Numbered from the stretch's first letter, positions 1 to 11,860 are shown. The stretch: DNA of 64,000 bases from Mobula hypostoma (GCF_963921235.1 NC_086097.1:120778001-120842000); one strand, 5' to 3'. The notes: generated by a model not told the origin, from the sequence alone. Made by a program: numbers and translations.

Positions 1-109
1 AAACCCATTAGATAGATCTTCTCCTAGCAAGGGAAGTAATATTTATGTTTCAGGAAAGGCAGGTATGTGGAGCTGAGTCCATGGCCAGATCAGCAGCGAT
101 CTTACTGTA

Positions 110-320
110 AGGTGTTCACATGTTCTCCCTGTGACTGTGTGGGTTTCCTTTGGGCACTCTGGTTTCTTCCCACATTCCAAAAGATATCCTCTTTGGGTCG
201 GGGCTAGTGAGTGTGGACATGCTTTATTGTTGCTGGAAGCATGCCAATATTTGTGGGTGGTCAGGCAAAATTCTCACTGATCTGATTTGACACAAAGAAC
301 ACATTTCATTATATGTTTCT
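110..320 (+). mobile_element. V-domain/HE1-like SINE fragment
   Basis: Core TGTTCTCCCTGTGACTGTGTGGGTTTCC...GGTTTCTTCCCACATTCCAAAAGA recurs at 52080, 61830, 62880 and (reverse) at 3670 and 4150. Confidence 0.65.
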
Positions 321-1071
321 ATAAGAACATAAAAAATAGGAGCAGGAGTAGGCCATCCAGCCCATTGACCCTGCCCCACCATTCAATAAGATCATGGCTG
401 ATCTGTCTGTAACTCAGCTCCATCTACCTGCCTTTTCCCCATAACCCTTAATTCCCGTACTATGTAAAAACCTATCTTACTGTATCTTAAGTATATTTAG
501 TGAAGAAGCCTCAACTGCTTCCCTGGGCAGAGAATTCCACAGATTCACCACTCTCTGGGAAAAACAATTTCTCCTCATCTCCGTCCTAAATCTTGTCCCC
601 TGAATCTTGAGGCAATGTTCCCTAGTTCTTGTCTCACCTACCAATGGAAACAACTTTTCTACTTCCAGATGACTTATCCACCTTCAGACCTTTAAGTTTC
701 CCAAGAACCTTCTCCCTAGTAATGGTAACGTCACACCCTTCATGACCCCTGACAGCTGGAACTTCCAACATACTGTTAGTGTCTTCCTCAGGGAAGACTG
801 ATGCAAAATGCTTATTCAGTTCATCTGCCATTTTCTTGATCCCCATTACTACCTCTCCAGCATCATTTTCCAATAGTCATAACTATTCTTACCTCTCTTT
901 TACACTTTATGTATCTGAAGAAACTTTTGGTATCCTCTGTAAAATTATTGGCTAACTTACTTTTGTGTTCCATCTTTAACTTCTTAATGACTCTTTTAGT
1001 TCCCTTCTGTTGGTATTCATAAGTGTTATGTACCCCTAGGGGTCATATTTTTTATGAACTATACCTTTAAA

Positions 1072-1109
1072 AAGAGAGAGAGTTGTTTCAACACAAGCAC
1101 CTTGTTATT

Positions 1110-1152
<43 letters not shown>
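1072..1152. repeat. (GA)n microsatellite within the solo LTR
   Basis: Direct reading; the main run is about 1109-1151. Confidence 0.9.
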
Positions 1153-1156
<4 letters not shown>

Positions 1157-1709
1157 GAAGACTGCTTTGGAGATGTTGTTATGGTTTCTCTGCAGCATGT
1201 TTACACTTTGCAAGGACACTGTCAGCTTCTGTGTTCTTACAGAGAAAGAAGGGAGGAGCCGCTTGATGGACAGATGGTGTTCAGCACGGGGAGATAAGTA
1301 GAAGGTCAGATGATAGACTCACAGACACATGGTTTTGGACACCGAATGAGTTTTGTTGTGCCCAGAGAAAAGATAAGTTTTTGGGGGTTTGACCAGGCAA
1401 ATTGATCAGTGGCCCTCGCAGTGTGAAAAGGGTGTGACCGGTGGGGAGTTATTCGTGTGTCCAACCCTTGCCTGGGTTGATAATTCCACCACAGAAGAAT
1501 GGTCCCCTTTGTTGTGGTCACAGTCAGTGACTTCTAAAGGATTTTGGAGAACAATGGGAAGATCGACATCAGCAGCTCACCTGAAGACTCAAATCTCTCT
1601 CTCTCCATCATTCCTCAATTCAATACCACAAACTGAACTGAACTTTACTCATCGTCATAAGATTATCTATTTACCCCTAGACATGAAGAAGCTTGGTTTT
1701 CATATATTT

Positions 1710-1713
<4 letters not shown>

Positions 1714-1740
<27 letters not shown>
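1714..1740. repeat. (TA)n microsatellite
   Basis: Direct reading. Confidence 0.95.
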
Positions 1741-1744
<4 letters not shown>

Positions 1745-3485
1745 CATTGCTAACTTGCTTGATTTATCTGCATTTATATTACTGTATTGTGTAGTTACTA
1801 ATAAGTACCATTAGTTAATAGCAATACTGGACTCCAAAGTGGTTTCCATTTCTGCTGGATCTTTAACCCGTCATGGGGTACAAGACATAAGCTACCCAAT
1901 TCTTTAACTTCCCATTAATTTTTGTTTCATTATACGCCCTCTCTTTGGCTTTTATGCTGGCTTTGACTTCTCGTTAGCCACAGCTATGTCATCTTTCCTT
2001 TAGAATACTTCTTCCTGTTTGTGATGTATATATCCGGTGCCCTCCGAATTGCTTCCAGAAATTCCAGTCATTGCTGCTCTGCCATCATCTCCGCCAGTGT
2101 TCTTTTCCAATCCATTCCGGTCAACTCCTCTTGCATGCCTCTGTTATTACCTTTACTCCACTGTAATTCTGATAAATCTGACTTTAGCTTTTCTTTCTCA
2201 AATTTCAGGGTGAATTTGATCGTATTATGATCACATGCCCCTAGGGGTTCTTTCACCTTTACCTTAAGCTCGCTAATCAATTCCTCTTCATTGCACAAAA
2301 CTAAATCCAGAATAGCTGATCCCCTACTGGGTTCAACTACAAGCTGCTCTAAAAAACCATCTTGTAGGCATTCTAGAAATTCCCCCTCTTGGAATCCAGC
2401 AAAGACACAAATCCAAGTCTCTACGCACTCTGACTTCACTTTGTTCAAAAATGAGAGAGCAATCACCTGCCCTGGAAAACAAGCCATCATTTACTGATCT
2501 TCCAATTTCATGCACAACAGATATAAGATGTTGAAAATGTCTTTGGAAAATTAAGACATAGAAGTTGTGGAATGGTTGTCACTTTGAGCATCAAAGTGTC
2601 TATTTATGACAGCTGCCAATCACAAACTGAATGATTCTCACAGTGTACTTCCTGCAATGTTTCCAATCTGTCACTTTGCATAAGTGTTCATAGACTGCTG
2701 ATATGTAGAGTTGTGGGATGTGGAATGGAAATAACAAGTCTGATGAAGATGAGATTCTTTACTGCAAATAAATTATATAAATTCTGGACTACATCGAATA
2801 TTCTCATGAAAATGTTTCGAAATGCCAAGATGATTAAGCATGGTTAATATATATGAACAGGCACAAGTAATTACTGAAATCTCCTCCAGCTGCAAGAAGC
2901 TTTAGGGGATATGCACTGCAGCTATTATAACGTGAGCAACTTTTAGAGCTGAGATATGAATGGGGAAAACAGATAATGAGCAAAAACCTAGGGTGGGGCC
3001 AAATACATGAAAAGAGCCCAATAAGAATTTGCATTCCTTGTAAAGTTATGTTCAGCTCGACGTTTTAAAGTGTGAAATAGGAACTGTGTTAATATTAATT
3101 GAATTATTGGAACGTGAAGCTGACTGTAAAAAGCTAAAAACACAGTGAATTCTGTACGTATATTAGATCTCCCCTTCAGTAATGAACGACCCCAAGTTTA
3201 ATGCATCCAAATAAAATTGTTTGATCAAGCATTTCTGGCTAACTCAGACATAAGCACCCCTGTGAAACATTGGGTGTTCACCGATTGTTTTTATTTGTTA
3301 AATATAATGGTATGTGTATATGTAGCCTCAACCTTTTATGAACTACAGAGATATTGAAATGGTCTTCAATAAAGAAGTATTTCTAATTGTTTCTTAAGTG
3401 ATAACAGCCAGCTGCAGTGTTTTTTTTTTAAAAAAACAAAGATGTTCTCAGAATCTCTGGATGTCCAGTAGGGTGGTGTGGGAAA

Positions 3486-4280
3486 TGGAAGCATTTGGCT
3501 GTCATTAATTATATGGCAATACATTGAATCAACTTTAATTTGGATTATAAATATAAAGTTTAGCTTTATCTGTCACAGGTATGTTGAAACATATATTAAA
3601 ACAAATTGCTGTGTCACCATACTTCCAGCACAAACATAGCATGCACACAGCTCAGTAACCCTAACCCATAAGTGGGAGGAAACCAGAGTATCCGGAGGAA
3701 ATGCACATGGTCACCTGGAGAACGTACAAACTCATTACAGGACAGCAGCAATAAATGACCCCGAATGCTGAACACTCACTGTAAAATTGTGTTCTAACTG
3801 CTACACTCCTTTGCACTCCTAACTAATTGAATGGAAGCACTTGGTTATCATTAATTATATAGCAATATGTTCCACCAACATTAAATTAGTTTATAAAGAT
3901 AATGATTAACTTCATTTGTCATATGTACATTGAAACATACTGCTAAATGTGTTGACGAAGGGTCTCGGCCTGAAACATCGACTGCACCTCTTCCTACAGA
4001 TGCTGCTTGGCCTGCTGCGTTCACCAGCAACTTTGATGTGTGTTGCTAAATGTGTTGTTTGCATCAAGCGTGTGAAGAGGGCTTCCGGCAAGTGTCGCCA
4101 TGCTTCCTGCTCCAACATAGCATGCCCACAGCTTACTGTATGTCTTTGGAATGTGGGAGGAAACTGGAGCACACTGGGAAACTCATGTGGTCATTGGGAG
4201 AATGTACAACCTCCTTACAGACAGCAGCGGGAATTGAATCTCGATCTTACGCTAACCACTATGTTACTGTGCTGCCATTA
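3486..4280 (-). mobile_element. Two reverse-oriented V-domain SINE copies within an old tandem duplication
   Basis: Both units begin ATGGAAGCAYTTGG..TCATTAATTATAT.GCAATA (3486 and 3831), each followed by a reversed SINE containing GTGGGAGGAAAC..GAG.. Confidence 0.7.
3953..4046 (+). mobile_element. Solo Penelope-like terminal repeat with hammerhead-like core
   Basis: TGACGA-A-GGGTCTCGGCCT-GAAAC-ATC-GACTG...TGTGTGTTGCT, flanked by duplicated TGCTAAATGTGTTG (3941-3954, 4044-4057). Same sequence as the terminus of the Penelope element at 33465. Confidence 0.8.
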
Positions 4281-4542
4281 GCAAAAATGACCAAGTTTCG
4301 GAATTGCTTCAGGTCAGTATTAGTTTTAGCAAAGGGAAATGGCTTGCATTTCAAACTCATTCAATCAACACTTGTGGTTCTCTGCTGCCACGCTACTTTA
4401 CAATTCGAAGTGCTGTATCCTACAATGAAGGTGCAGTTCGCACATTTAAAAGTAATTTAATTTGATAAAGATAACAGTCAATAAAATGATTATTTCAGAA
4501 ATTCATTCCTGGTTTTATGGAATAATAATAATAATATAGAGT

Positions 4543-4680
4543 AACAGTGCTGATGAAGGGTCTCTGCCCGAAATGTGGACTGTTTATTCCCTTCCATGGA
4601 TGCTGCCTGGCCTGCTAATTTCCTCCAACATTTTGTGTGTTACTCCGGATTTCCAACATCTGCATAATCTCTTGTGTTTG
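4543..4680 (+). mobile_element. Solo Penelope-like terminal repeat with hammerhead-like core
   Basis: AACAGTG-CTGATGA-A-GGGTCTCTGCCC-GAAAT-GTG-GACTGTT followed by GATGCTGCCTGGCCTGCT..CTCCAACATTTTGTGTGTT. Confidence 0.8.
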
Positions 4681-5371
4681 TGTTAATAACCATATTGTCC
4701 TTGATATCTGTTCTGTATCACCTTTCCATACAGAATTTTATAACATTACAAAGAATTATTCTATCTTAGTATCAGTCCTGCTGGTCATTCGACTCCCCTT
4801 CACCTGTAATGGGTCAGCATTTACCCTTTATCTTTCACGAATAGTCAGCTCTCGATCTCTACTGCTGACACTTCACTGGATACCAGGGCACTGTTATTTG
4901 CAAGACTGGCAATCCAACAGAATGGGAAGCTGTCTTTCCAAAAAAGCCTCCTGGCACATGTTACTGTGTAATTACGCTCAATCATTCTTCAGGCTCTAGA
5001 GGTACTGTGCCTCCTTTGTTATTGTTCCTTATGAACCACCGTTGTAATATTCTAGTAATACATGAGAACACTTTATTAAATTAGCTCTGGGCACCTCCAA
5101 GGCCAGAAACTAATCTGACTGGAAGCTCTGATATTGCACACTTACTATGTTCAGCAAACTTAAGCACTGAAGAATAGGCTGGGTGATGCCTGCTAATTGA
5201 CTTTCTTCATGTGTCAATATATTACTGAGTCCCTGCATCTGAAACTTGTTTTCTTTTTATTTCTGTGAATTCCTGATGATGTTTTAAAAAACAACACTCG
5301 GAATTAGGTAAGCTGACTGAAGTATACCTCAAGATCCATCCTTTTGTTTGACATCTTAAGTGATCATTATA

Positions 5372-5742
5372 ATTAGGTGCCATGTCATATGATGTGGGCG
5401 ATCTTAGTCTTATGACCATGATTGTTCTTGGCAAATCTTTCTACAGGAAATTTTCTTCTGGGCAGGGTCTTTACAAGATGGGTGACCTCAGCCATTATCA
5501 ATACTCTTCAGAGATTGTCCGCCTAGCGTCAGTGGTCGCATAACCAGGACTTTGTGATATGCACCAGCTTCTCATATGACCACCAACCATCTGCTCCCCT
5601 GGCTTCATGTGAGCTTGACCAACGAGGGGGGAGGGGTTGGCGAGCAGATGCTACACCTTGCCCAAGGGTGCCTTGCAGGCTAGCGGAGCGAAGGAGCGCC
5701 TTACAACTCCTTTGGTAGAGACGAATCTCCACCACACCACTC
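5372..5742 (-). mobile_element. Non-autonomous interspersed repeat, SINE/RTE-associated-like
   Basis: GC-rich block with sharp edges in AT-rich DNA and no coding frame. The family assignment is from recollection only. Confidence 0.4.
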
Positions 5743-6091
5743 AAAGTATATACGATCTTAAGTATTAAAACTAATTATTTCTCACTTTGTATCTCTATAA
5801 ATGCTTCTTTATCTGCACCCTCTGTTGCTTCATTTTCTAAGTGTGTATGTGTATTTTCTTCACATCTATGGCTGATATATTGAGGGTAAATTTTGCCTTT
5901 TAGGTCATGGCTAACCATAAGTGATAGTGAATTAGCTTCCTGATGCAAACAGTACCTGGTTTCATTATAGGTCGGAGTGTCAAAGAGCACTACAACACAG
6001 AAACAGGCCCTTCAGACCATCTAGTCTGTGATGAACTATTATTCTGTATAGTCCCATCGATACACACCTGGACCATATCCTTTCATACATG

Positions 6092-6395
6092 TAACACACA
6101 CAAACCACTGGAGCAACTCAGCAAGTCAGGCAGCAGCAATGGAGATAAAGAGTCAACACTTCAGGCTGAATCCCTTCATTAGGACTGAAAAGGAAAGGGG
6201 GAAAAGCCAGAATTTAGAAGGTGGGGGGAGGGGAAGGAGTGCAAGCTGGCAGGTGGTAGGTGAGACCAGGTGAAGGGGAAGGGAGATGAAGTGAGAAGCT
6301 GGGTGGTGATAGTTGGAAAAAGTAAAGTGCTGAAGAAGAAGGAATCTGATAAGAGAGTAGAGTGGACCATGAGGGAAAGAGAACAAGCAAGGGCA
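6092..6395 (-). mobile_element. Penelope-like 3' region with terminal repeat (mutated hammerhead core)
   Basis: Collinear with 33465-33780. The core reads CAGTC-CTAATGA-AGGGATTCAGCCT-GAAGT-GTT-GACT on the minus strand. Confidence 0.75.
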
Positions 6396-6659
6396 TCAGA
6401 AGCAGGTTATAGCATTCGCCGAATCTCTTGTGTTATTATACTAAACAAAATTTCCCTGAAATATTAAAATTGAATCCACTTTCTTCATTTCAGCAGGCAG
6501 CTCATTATGCAGTGGGACTTTACGTAAGCTCCTATGTGCAGTAAGGAATTATAACATGCTATCATCCATTTTCTGTCACTGCAAGTTGGATTTCTACCCA
6601 TGAATGATGAAGGACAGCTCTGAAAGAGTTTTGCTTTATTGCACTCATTGACTTTCACA

Positions 6660-6817
6660 TGAGATAGGGATAGATACAGAGAGAGATAGGCAGAGATAGA
6701 GATACAGCTGGAATAGAGATAGAGAGAGAGAAATAGAGATAGAGTAAGAGAGAGATGGAGGGAGAGGGACAAAGAAAAGGGGGAGAGAGACAGAGAAGGT
6801 GGGGAGGAGAGAGAGAA

Positions 6818-6850
<33 letters not shown>

Positions 6851-6870
6851 CAGAGAGGCAGAGAGGGAGA
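6660..6870. repeat. GA/GAGACA/GAGATA purine-rich simple repeat
   Basis: Direct reading. It explains the low-complexity ORFs at 6485-6976. Confidence 0.9.
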
Positions 6871-7010
6871 TGTTGAATATTGACACCCAGGGACTTGAAA
6901 CTGCTCCTCCTTTCCAAAGCTGATCCCAATTACCCGTCCTGAAGTCCACAATCAATTCCTTGGTTTTACTGACCATAAGTGCAAGATTGCTGTTATGAGA
7001 CCAGTCAATC
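6870..7010 (-). mobile_element. Rex1/Babar LINE RT fragment
   Basis: Minus strand reads VSKTKELIVDFR...SSFKSLGVNI. Confidence 0.65.
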
Positions 7011-7234
7011 TACCTCACTCCTGTATTCCTCCTCGACATACCTACTCAAGTACCACAGGCAGAAGGTGGTAAGTGTCTGTGCACACTCTGCCTGCTCCTA
7101 TGAACTGAAGGTAATGCTCTCCTTGAATGTACGGCAGTGAGCAGAAAAGCTGTGAAGTATGGTAGATGTCAGCAGCAACAATGTGTTATGGCCCTGACCC
7201 TGGGAAGCTGAGTGTAATCTGATGTCTGTGACAA

Positions 7235-8505
7235 AAGCAATTGCTGTACAAGTGAGTCTCTGTTTGGTTTCAACAATGTGGTGAAGCAAGATTTGCCCAT
7301 TCCTCCATGCAAAATTGCTCAATTTGTGCCAGGTTAGTTGGGGAGTGATGGTGGACAGCAATCTTGAGGCCCTACCACAGATGTTCAATTGGGTTAAGGT
7401 GAAGACTGTGACTGGACCAAGGGCATCATTTTTTTAAAAATTTGAAGCCACTCCGTGCTCTGGCAGTCTGCTATGCAACATTGTCCAACTGAAAAACAAA
7501 CTTCTCCCCAATTTAAGATTTCTAGCAGTGGCTAGAAGGTCTTTATCCAGGATCCCTCTGCATTTAAGAGCATTCAGCTTCCATTCAATTGAATCATATT
7601 TCCAGTCCCTACCACTGAAAGGCATCCCTATAGCATGATGCTATCTTCACCATACTTTACAATAGGGATGATATTACCTGTCTGATGCACAGTATTGGAT
7701 TTATGCCACATATCCTGCTGAGACCAAAAAGTTCCACTTTAGCCTCATCTGACCACAAGACCTTCTTCCAGACCTTTAGAGTATTTTCTAAGTCATGCTT
7801 TGCAAAGTCTTTATGGACAAGGATATGCCAAGGCTTCTTCCTTGCCACTCTTCAATAAAGACTGTTTTTGTGCAAGGCTTTAGATATTGTAGAGCCAAGA
7901 ACTTCATCTCCAGTTGTAGTTCACTCAGAGTAACCACTGGTGTCACAGTAGCCTCTCTTACAAATGTCATTCTTCTCTGGTGACTGAGTTTAGAGGGGTG
8001 GCCTGACTTAGGCAGTGTGATTGTGGTTTGATATATTTTCCACTTTTTCACAATGGACTGCACTGAGCTCTGAAATGCCTTTGAAATGGTCTTGTTCCCT
8101 TTCCCAGATTTGTGCTTCTCTATTATCATTTCCCTGACTTTCCTTGAATGCTCTTTTGTCTTCATTTAGTTTGGTCTGTTGAAAATCTATCATAACTTTG
8201 GACCTTACAGAGAGAGGGCTTAGTTATTCAGGTGATTTTCTCCATCAACAAGTTGGGTGAGTTGGAAAAGTAATGTAGAGTATTGCGTCTGAAAAAAGTT
8301 AGAGTACTAATTACAGAGGGAACGAATACTTTTTCAGCCTCACAATTTTGATTTTTAATTTTTTGTAAATTGTTGACAGATTTTGGACTTATTCTTTTGA
8401 TGTGACGTGACTCAAAAAATCCTACTTCAATTTACTTTAAATTTAGAAAATGGGCAGTAAAATATGAATATAGTTGTGGGGACTGAATACTTTTTCAAGG
8501 CACTG
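7235..8505 (-). mobile_element. Tc1-family DNA transposon, degenerate, one end missing
   Basis: Transposase pieces MKTKEHSRKVREMIIEKHKSG, WKKVLWSDEAKVELFG and LNPIEHLW. Terminus CAGTGCCTTGAAAAAGTATTCAGTCCCC ends at 8505, followed by TA. A partial inner repeat GAATACTTTTTCA lies at about 8324. Confidence 0.9.
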
Positions 8506-9384
8506 TATATGTCATGAAATTTGTTGTTCACTGACTGCAGTACAATGCAATATATAAAATATACTATAAATTATAATAAGAAATATACAGGAAAGCTTAA
8601 ATAAATATTGCAAAAAAAGAGCAAAATTAGATTCATGGGTACATGGATCATTCAAAAATCTGAAGATTGAGGCCAACAACTCACTAACCCTAACTCTAAC
8701 CTTTGGAATGTGGATGGAAACCAAAAATACAAACTCTTGCAGACAGTGGAGAGAATCGACTCCTGGTCGGTGACCACCGGGAAACCGAGAAAGACACAGA
8801 GAAAAGATGCAAACTCCACATGGACAGCATCTCAGGTCAGAACTGAATGCGGATTACCGGTGCCGTGAGGAAGCAAACTCTAGAGGTGCCAGCCCCAGAA
8901 ATACTGGCATCATTTGAGGGAGTTTTACACATGAGAAAACATGGACAGAGCTCACTACTCTAATAGATACTAGTAACTGTTGTTTCATTCCTGACAGTCA
9001 GCTGACTTGAGATCCATCTCACCTCTTGGTCTCGGCAAACATTTTTTTCCATTATTCTAATGAGTTGCATCTTATCAAAATGAATCCTAGGATCCATATG
9101 AGACATCAAGTGTATGACAGTTACTGCCTTCTGGAACCTCCTTGTTGCCTTCTGAAAACAAGAATAATCAAGTTTGTCAGGCAACTTCACTTTAACAAAT
9201 TCATACTGTTTTTGAGTATTCCGTAATTTTCTAAGTTGTGATTAATACTAATCTTCAGAATTGTTTCAAACTGTGTTTCTATTATCAAGGAATGGTCAAG
9301 AGAATTATAACTCGACAGTGCATCTATCCTTCTCAAGTAGTCACGAGTCTGGTGGTGTTATATTCTCAGCCAGAGAAGATTAAC

Positions 9385-9930
9385 ATTGAACATAGAACAG
9401 TTCAGCACCATAAAGTCCATTTGGCCCTCAAAGTTGTGCTGACGTTTCAGTCTACGCCAAGATCAATCTAAGTTTTCCTCCTATATACATAGGCCTCCAT
9501 TTTTTCTTTCAGCTTTGTGCCTATTTAAGAGTCTCTTAAATGTCCTAATGTACCTGCCTCTATCAACACCCTTGGCAAAGCATTCCCGTTACCTATCACT
9601 CTCTATATACAAATCAACTACCTCTGATATCCCACCTATAAAGTTGTGCCCTTTTGCATTAGCCATTTCCACCCTGGGAAAAAGGTCTCTGGATATCCAC
9701 TCGATCTATACCTCTTTTCGTCTTGTGCACCTCTATAAGTCACCTATCATCCTCATTCTTTCCAAAGAGAAAAAACCTTAGCTCCCTCAATGTTTCCTCA
9801 AAAGATATGCTCTCTAATCAATACAGCATCCTGGAAAATCTCCTCCACACCCTGTCTAAACTTTCCACGCCTAACAATGAGGTGACCAGAACTGAATGCA
9901 ATACTCCAAGTGTGGTCTAACCAAAGGATT
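9385..9930 (-). mobile_element. CR1 LINE 3' fragment
   Basis: CATAGAACAG tail and reverse-strand RPHLEYCIQFWSP motif (GAACTGAATGCAATACTCCAAGTGTGGTCTAACCA). Confidence 0.75.
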
Positions 9931-10146
9931 TATAAATGATGGTCGAAGTCTTCATCATTTCTTTTCATGCTTACCTGAACATTCTTGGATTGGTATCCTA
10001 TGCTCCTAGTAATTTAACTCCTTTCAAATCTTCTCATATTTTCTCCATCACAAAGTATAATCCATCCAATATTCCACAGTACTCCTCCTCTTTAACCACA
10101 ATCCCTTGAGATTTAGGATCAAAGTTCATGAAGAACTATATCTATT

Positions 10147-10563
10147 TGTCACGAAGAATAAGAGCGAGGTGTAGAGGAATGGCAGCGATTCTCTGTTATG
10201 TAGGTTGCTGGCACTGACTCAGCCCAGGAGCTGTAGACAGCAGGAACCCTAGGAGGAGACGGAAACAAGAGGTTAAACATGGAAATACCAATAAAGTCTT
10301 GGAGGGCTGACTGAGTGACACTGCGAGACAATTCCTTACCTCCAACACAATAACTCTGCTAAGGCACTAAATTAGAGTTCTCTTCAACTAATCATAGAAT
10401 GCAGGAAATACATGCCAGCCACAATTAACTTGAGAAGATTAAACCAAAACCACAAGAGTTTATCAGCTCTAGTTAAGATTACGATTAGTAAAGAGAAGTG
10501 CTGAAAAACCCTTAGAAGCTCAACACTCTACAGCAAGCTGCAGAGGCCATAGGATTCTTGACA
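10147..10563. mobile_element. Probable old solo LTR
   Basis: TGTCA...TGACA termini with a near-TSD CTATT/CAATT (4 of 5). No internal coding sequence. Confidence 0.5.
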
Positions 10564-10904
10564 CAATTATTTCCAGCTTGAGACATATATTACTTTTTAC
10601 TATTTTATTACCCCTTTGCTTACAACATACTTGCAAGCATTTAGACGTATTTCCATATCCTCTTTTAAAACCCATGTTTCATTTTATTTCAGTGCTTGCG
10701 TTTTTAAGCTTCTCTTGGCCTTTGATGTAATGAGCTCTCGTTTGACAGAATTACACTGTAACAGAAACTGTGTTTTAAGTTTGTTTCATTGGTTGTGAGG
10801 TAATTTTGAATGCCTTAAGATTATGAAAGGCCCTATACGAAAGTGTCTTTCTTTCATCCTGTGTCTTTCTTCTATAGTGGCTACAGCTTGGACCTTTTCC
10901 AGAC

Positions 10905-11860
10905 AAGATGGCACCAGCAAACAGCGCTACCTCTGGCGACATCTACCAGATAGTCCATCAAACTGTTTCTTTCATTTCTTTAACATTTTTTAAAATTTTA
11001 AATGTGTTTCTGGTACTGTGATCTAAAGTTTAAAGATAGATTATGTAATCTGGTGCTTTGTTGTCTCTGAGAAGATTCTGGGAAGCAAGTGCCCTCAAGG
11101 CTTAGAAGCTCAGAGACTGGGCGTAGGTCCATGATCGACTGACCCTATTTCTCCCCGATCTCGCTGATTAAAGCATCAAGGAAGATTGAAACATCGAACC
11201 GAGTGCAGAAATCGAGTGAGTTTTCAACACCATCTACCAGCCTCGTTCACTGCTACCGGTGTCTGCGTGTGACGGTCAATTGCTCGCTGCTCCTGAGGGA
11301 AGGCCCCTGCGTTCAAATGGTCTCTCTCTCCCTCGATGCTTTCTGAGGATGGTATCAAAGTTCTGGATCTGTGATTTATGGATTGGACTGTAGTTCACTT
11401 GGACTCTTTCAGTTCTATGCTTTTATATTCTGTGTTTTTGCCTGCTCTTTCTTATTGCCGTTTGTGGGATTTGTGCGTTGGGAGGGGGTTAGATTGGGGT
11501 TTGACATTCTTATTGTCGTTTGTGCGACTTATCCAAGGGGGATTTGTTGTTCTTTTTGCTGTTTGTGCAATTTATCTGCAGGGGTGTTTGATGTTCTTTC
11601 TGCCGTTTGCGCAATCTGTGCGGGGGAGAGGTTGCAGTTTGATGTTCCTTTTGCCTTTTGCGCCATTTATCCAGAGGGTTTATGGTTTGATGTCCTTATT
11701 GCCGTTTGCATGGTTTGTTACTTTTGCACATGAGGGTGTTCATGTTTTTCTTTGAATAGCCTCCATGGTTTTATTTGTTTCACGCCTGTTGGAGGTGACA
11801 AATCTCAGAGATGTGTACATCATACACACTTTGATAATAAATGTACCTTGAACCTTGAAA
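10905..11860 (+). mobile_element. Non-autonomous retroelement with AAGATGGC head and Rex1-like tail
   Basis: Starts AAGATGGCACC and ends TTTGATAATAAATGTACCTTGAACCTTGAA, similar to the tail at 12900-12932. No RT frame. Confidence 0.55.
11445..11720 (+). repeat. Degenerate minisatellite, about 6 units of about 45 bp
   Basis: Unit approximately TTTGATGTTCTTTTTGCCGTTTGCGCRATTTATCC..GGGG. Confidence 0.75.

Larger units (their letters stand above)
1024..1887 (+). mobile_element. Solo LTR, Gmr1-like/Gypsy family
   Basis: TG...CA ends with inverted termini TGTTATGTACCCC / GGGGTACAAGACA. 4-bp TSD TAAG (1020-1023, 1888-1891). 3' end resembles the LTRs at 52628 and 56660 (GACTCCAA..CCATTTCTGCTGG..AACCC..ATGGGGTAC). 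The host CR1 resumes on both sides. Confidence 0.85.
321..2400 (-). mobile_element. CR1 LINE, degenerate ORF2 plus 3' end, interrupted by a solo LTR
   Basis: Minus-strand peptides FLECLQDGFLEQLVVEPSRGSAILDLVLCNEEELI (endonuclease C-terminus) and ADELNKHFASVF...VLGKLKGLKVDKSSG. CR1-type 3' tail ATAAGAACATA at 321. Internal deletion near 665. Confidence 0.85.

Noticed and set aside
5270..5322. C/D box snoRNA (TGATGA...CTGA)
   Set aside because: Too short, with no terminal stem and no recognisable rRNA antisense element.
6485..6976. Ser/Leu-rich proteins
   Set aside because: These are translations of a GA-rich simple repeat.
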